A stretch of DNA of 10,866 nucleotides, taken from Pseudothermotoga sp. GTDB taxonomy: Bacteria > Thermotogota > Thermotogae > Thermotogales > DSM-5069. Positions 7,639 to 10,866 of the stretch are shown piece after piece. Location: assembly GCA_041640575.1 (NCBI GenBank), contig JBEPZZ010000060.1:1-10866 (forward strand). Reading direction: 5' to 3'. The notes under the pieces were generated by a model. That model searched no databases, was not told where the DNA came from, and saw only the letters and a program-made list of their open reading frames with translations. The position numbers were made by a program, and so were the translations under genes. The first letter of the stretch is position 1, and every line of letters begins with the position of its first letter.

Positions 7639-8201
7639 GAACCTTTGTAGCAATTGATGTTAACGAACAAGTTAGAAACTTATCAGAGCAGATAATCGAA
7701 AAACTTATGAGAAGAGGATTCAAAGCAAACTGGGTTAGCAGAGAAAATGTACATCTAACTCTGTTTTTCTTTGGTGAAATTGATCCTCGAAAAGTTGACG
7801 AGATAGCGAAACATCTTCACGAGCGTGTTAAGGGGTTCCCCTCGTTCTTTTATCATGTGGAGAAGTTGGGTTATTTCTTAAAATATGGCAAACCTGCTGT
7901 CATTTGGCTTGGAGTTAGATCAAACCCAGCGCTTCAGAAGCTCTATGAAGAAATGGAAACTGAGCTTTCAAAACACAATTTCACATTTGAAAAGCGATTT
8001 TCACCGCATATAACAATTGGAAGAGTCAAAGAGCAACTTCCAACTGCTTGGAAAGCGTTGTTAGAGGATATAACATTTGAACCAATAATTGTTGCTGTAG
8101 ATCGGTTTTCAATCTATTCCTCAACACTTACTCCAACAGGGCCAATTTACAAAAAAATTTACGAGTGCCAATTTGAAGGAGGAATAACAAAACATGAATG
8201 A
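7635..8201 (+). CDS. thpR: RNA 2',3'-cyclic phosphodiesterase (2H phosphoesterase, LigT/ThpR)
   Basis: MRTFVAI start, two HxT motifs ([10 protein letters not shown] and FSPHITIGR), VIWLG and [15 protein letters not shown] overlap with the pgsA stop. Confidence 0.92.
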   Translation: MRTFVAIDVNEQVRNLSEQIIEKLMRRGFKANWVSRENVHLTLFFFGEIDPRKVDEIAKHLHERVKGFPSFFYHVEKLGYFLKYGKPAVIWLGVRSNPALQKLYEEMETELSKHNFTFEKRFSPHITIGRVKEQLPTAWKALLEDITFEPIIVAVDRFSIYSSTLTPTGPIYKKIYECQFEGGITKHE

Positions 8202-9243
8202 AAGTCAAAAAGAGCGAAAAGAAAAACTTGATGTGTTGGAGAAAGCAATTAAGAAAATTGAAACAACTTTCGGAAAAGGATCAATAATGATCCTTGGGGA
8301 AGAAACCCAAGTTGGTCCAGTTGAGGTCGTTTCAACAGGTTCACTCGCACTGGACATAGCGACCGGTGTCGGTGGCTATCCAAAAGGTAGAATCATCGAA
8401 ATCTATGGTCCTGAAGCCAGTGGAAAGACAACTCTTGCTTTGCATGCGATAGCTGAAGTTCAAAAATTAGGTGGTGTTGCTGCTGTAATTGATGCAGAGC
8501 ATGCGCTTGATCCAACCTATTCAAAAGCACTTGGTGTTGATCTGAAGACCTTGCTGATAGCGCAACCTGACTATGGAGAGCAAGCTTTGGAAATCGTGGA
8601 TGAGCTTGTGAGAAGTAACGCCGTTGATTTGGTTGTCGTAGATTCCGTAGCGGCCTTAGTTCCAAGAGTTGAAATCGAAGGAAGCATGGGAGATATGCAA
8701 GTCGGATTACAAGCAAGGTTGATGTCTCAAGCGTTGAGAAAAATAGCCGGGACAGTCAGCCGCTCGAAAGCAATTGTCATATTCACAAATCAAATACGCA
8801 TGAAAATTGGAGTAATGTATGGCAGCCCTGAAACAACAACCGGTGGTTTAGCCTTGAAGTTCTACGCATCGTTGAGAATTGAAGTAAGAAGGGGAGAACC
8901 AATCAAAGAAGGTACTGAAATAATTGGTAACACGGTGAACGCCAAAGTTGTCAAGAATAAAGTGGCTCCTCCCTTCAAGAAAGCTGATTTTGACATCATC
9001 TATGGCAAAGGAATTGTAAGGGAGAATGAAATTTTCAACGTTTCATTAGCTGAAGGTTTGATACAACGCAAAGGTAGTTGGTTTTTCTATGTTTCCGATT
9101 CTGGAAAAGAATATACGCTTGGTCAAGGTAAAAGTAACGTGGTAGCTTTCTTACAGGAAAACCAAGCTGTCGCTGATGAAATCGAAAACAAAATTAGGCA
9201 GAAGTACAACCTACCTTTGATAAAAAGGGCAAAAGATGAGTGA
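8194..9243 (+). CDS. recA: Recombinase RecA
   Basis: Contains [81 protein letters not shown] and [16 protein letters not shown] at 8177-8182. At 349 aa it is full length with no intein. Confidence 0.99.
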   Translation: MNESQKERKEKLDVLEKAIKKIETTFGKGSIMILGEETQVGPVEVVSTGSLALDIATGVGGYPKGRIIEIYGPEASGKTTLALHAIAEVQKLGGVAAVIDAEHALDPTYSKALGVDLKTLLIAQPDYGEQALEIVDELVRSNAVDLVVVDSVAALVPRVEIEGSMGDMQVGLQARLMSQALRKIAGTVSRSKAIVIFTNQIRMKIGVMYGSPETTTGGLALKFYASLRIEVRRGEPIKEGTEIIGNTVNAKVVKNKVAPPFKKADFDIIYGKGIVRENEIFNVSLAEGLIQRKGSWFFYVSDSGKEYTLGQGKSNVVAFLQENQAVADEIENKIRQKYNLPLIKRAKDE

Positions 9244-9685
9244 CGAAGAATTCGATAAGGCTTTAAAACGTGCTAACAAGCTTATTAAGTTTCGTCTAAG
9301 GTCAAAGTGGGAATTGACCCATAGGCTTCTTGATGCTGGTTTTCATGAAATAGTTGTCGAAAAAGTCGTTTCTGAACTTGAAAAAAAAGGAATAATAAAT
9401 GATAAGAAATTTGCCAAATTGTATGCAGACCAAATGTTGAATGTAGATGGTTATGGACCTTTCAGAATCAAAATGAAATTGAAAGAGCTCAGAATAGATG
9501 AAGAAATAATTGAGAATGTTATCAGAGATTTGTTGAGAGAATACGACATTCCATACGTGATGAGAAAAATTCTAGCAACTCATAGAGTTGAGAACTCGAA
9601 AGCCAGAGAGTATTTATTTCGAAGGGGATTTACCCCTGACCTAATAGATCTTTTAGACCTTGAAACAGGAGGTGCAGATGAATGA
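9236..9685 (+). CDS. recX: Regulatory protein RecX
   Basis: Directly downstream of recA with an 8-nt overlap. Contains R-x-[25 protein letters not shown] and YLFRRGF, matching the three-helix-repeat RecX pattern. Confidence 0.88.
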   Translation: MSDEEFDKALKRANKLIKFRLRSKWELTHRLLDAGFHEIVVEKVVSELEKKGIINDKKFAKLYADQMLNVDGYGPFRIKMKLKELRIDEEIIENVIRDLLREYDIPYVMRKILATHRVENSKAREYLFRRGFTPDLIDLLDLETGGADE

Positions 9686-10866
9686 CTATAGTTATAGTGC
9701 TACTAAGTGCTTTTGTAGGTATCTTTGTTGGAAGTACGATGGGTTATTTGATTGCTAAATCACAGATAGAGAAAAAGATTAAAAGTGCTCAACAAGATGC
9801 CACATCGATAATTAAAAAAGCTGAACAAGATGCACAGGAAATAAAGAAAAAAGCAATTATGGAGGCAAGAGAAGAGGCACACAAAATAAAGGAAGAATTC
9901 GAAGAAGAAAGAAAGCGAAGAGAATCAGAACTCAGAGCTGCGGAAGAGAGGCTTCTCAAACGTGAAGAACTTATTTCGAAGCGTGAAGAAGCTGTGGAAA
10001 AAAAGGAAACAACTCTTGAAATGCTGAAAAATCAGCTGGAAAACCAGAGAAAAACACTTGAACAAAAAGAACAGGAGCTCGATGAAAAATTTACCAGACT
10101 TGCTGGCATGACAGTTGAAGAAGCAAGAGAAATAGTATTACAGGAAGCAAGGGAAAGGTATGAGCATGATCTTGCTATCATGTTCAAACAAATTAAGGAG
10201 AGGTACGAGGAAGATGCTGAAAAAGAGGCCAAAAAGATCATTGCAACTGCCGTTCAAAGATACGCACCAGAATACATTGGTGAAGTAACGGTTTCAACGG
10301 TGAGTTTACCATCAGACGAAATGAAAGGAAGAATAATTGGTCGAGAAGGAAGAAATATCAGAACTTTCGAAAAGATCACTGGTGTGGATTTAATAATTGA
10401 CGACACACCTGAGGTGGTGGTACTCTCAAGTTTCAATTCAATAAGAAGAGAAATTGCTCGTCTCACTCTTGAAAAACTTGTTGCGGATGGAAGAATACAT
10501 CCTGCAAGAATTGAAGAAATGTATGAAAAAGCAAAACAAGAGGTTGAGAAAGCGATAAAAGAAGCTGGGCAAGAGGCAACCTTTGTGACTGGAATTACTG
10601 GTTTGCATCCAGAGTTGATCAAATTACTTGGCAAGCTGAAATATAGAACAAGTTACGGACAAAACGTTTTAGACCATTCGATAGAAGTTGCACAACTTGC
10701 AGCGCTGATGGCTGAAGAACTTGGCCTAGATGTGGATAGGGCAAAACGTGGTGGCTTGTTACACGATATAGGAAAAGCTTTAGATCATGAAGTTGAAGGA
10801 TCACATACTGAAATTGGAGCTGAAATTGCTAAGCGTTACGGTGAGCCTGATTATGTAATCAATATG
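9682..10866 (+). CDS. rny: Ribonuclease Y, 3'-truncated by the window edge
   Basis: Absent from the ORF track because it has no stop in the window; translated by hand. SD AGGAGGTG (9667-9674) and ATG 9682 (ATGA overlap with recX) give an N-terminal transmembrane segment [25 protein letters not shown], an E/K-rich coiled coil, KH domain [17 protein letters not shown]...[28 protein letters not shown] and HD motif GLLHDIGK. 395 codons are visible. Confidence 0.96.
   Translation, partial: MTIVIVLLSAFVGIFVGSTMGYLIAKSQIEKKIKSAQQDATSIIKKAEQDAQEIKKKAIMEAREEAHKIKEEFEEERKRRESELRAAEERLLKREELISKREEAVEKKETTLEMLKNQLENQRKTLEQKEQELDEKFTRLAGMTVEEAREIVLQEARERYEHDLAIMFKQIKERYEEDAEKEAKKIIATAVQRYAPEYIGEVTVSTVSLPSDEMKGRIIGREGRNIRTFEKITGVDLIIDDTPEVVVLSSFNSIRREIARLTLEKLVADGRIHPARIEEMYEKAKQEVEKAIKEAGQEATFVTGITGLHPELIKLLGKLKYRTSYGQNVLDHSIEVAQLAALMAEELGLDVDRAKRGGLLHDIGKALDHEVEGSHTEIGAEIAKRYGEPDYVINM

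Noticed and set aside
8194..9243. Intein or intron in recA
   Set aside because: The ORF is continuous and of normal length (349 aa) with no large insertion.
9678..9758. 26-codon Cys-rich ORF starting at ATG 9678 over the rny start
   Set aside because: This ATG is only 3 nt from the SD, whereas ATG 9682 has optimal spacing. The peptide is an alternate-frame by-product of the transmembrane coding sequence.
9780..10240. GAA/AAA-rich quasi-repeats
   Set aside because: These are the codons of the RNase Y E/K coiled coil, not a repeat array or CRISPR.
90..10804. All minus-strand ORFs in the track (e.g. 90-323, 1728-1958, 2064-2372, 8393-8716, 10254-10634)
   Set aside because: They are short (60-126 aa), lie antisense to well-supported housekeeping genes and show no recognisable motifs. 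They are typical shadow ORFs.

Overview
This is a gene-dense, AT-rich, mostly housekeeping bacterial region. Thermotogota, possibly Pseudothermotoga-like, is inferred from the resemblance of UvrB, RimO, RecA and RodZ to Thermotoga proteins as I recall them; no search was run. Twelve CDSs lie on the + strand, and ten of the eleven junctions overlap or nearly abut. Block 1 is a 5'-truncated Ysc84/SYLF-domain protein, uvrB, an inositol-monophosphatase-family gene and two tandem deoxynucleoside kinases. A perfect extended -10 element (TGGTATAAT, 4671-4679) precedes block 2: rodZ, a DUF4416-like gene, rimO, pgsA, thpR (2H phosphoesterase), recA, recX and rny. rny is 3'-truncated and missing from the supplied ORF track. 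I see no mobile element, RNA gene, CRISPR array or clearly new system. The best leads are (i) a gaplessly colinear kinase duplication differing at a substrate-specificity residue and coupled to uvrB and the phosphatase, (ii) the uncharacterised DUF4416 gene embedded in the rodZ-rimO-recA-rny cluster with an 89-nt overlap into rimO, (iii) an internal promoter that may give a leaderless rodZ mRNA, and (iv) a few single-base substitutions at normally conserved residues.
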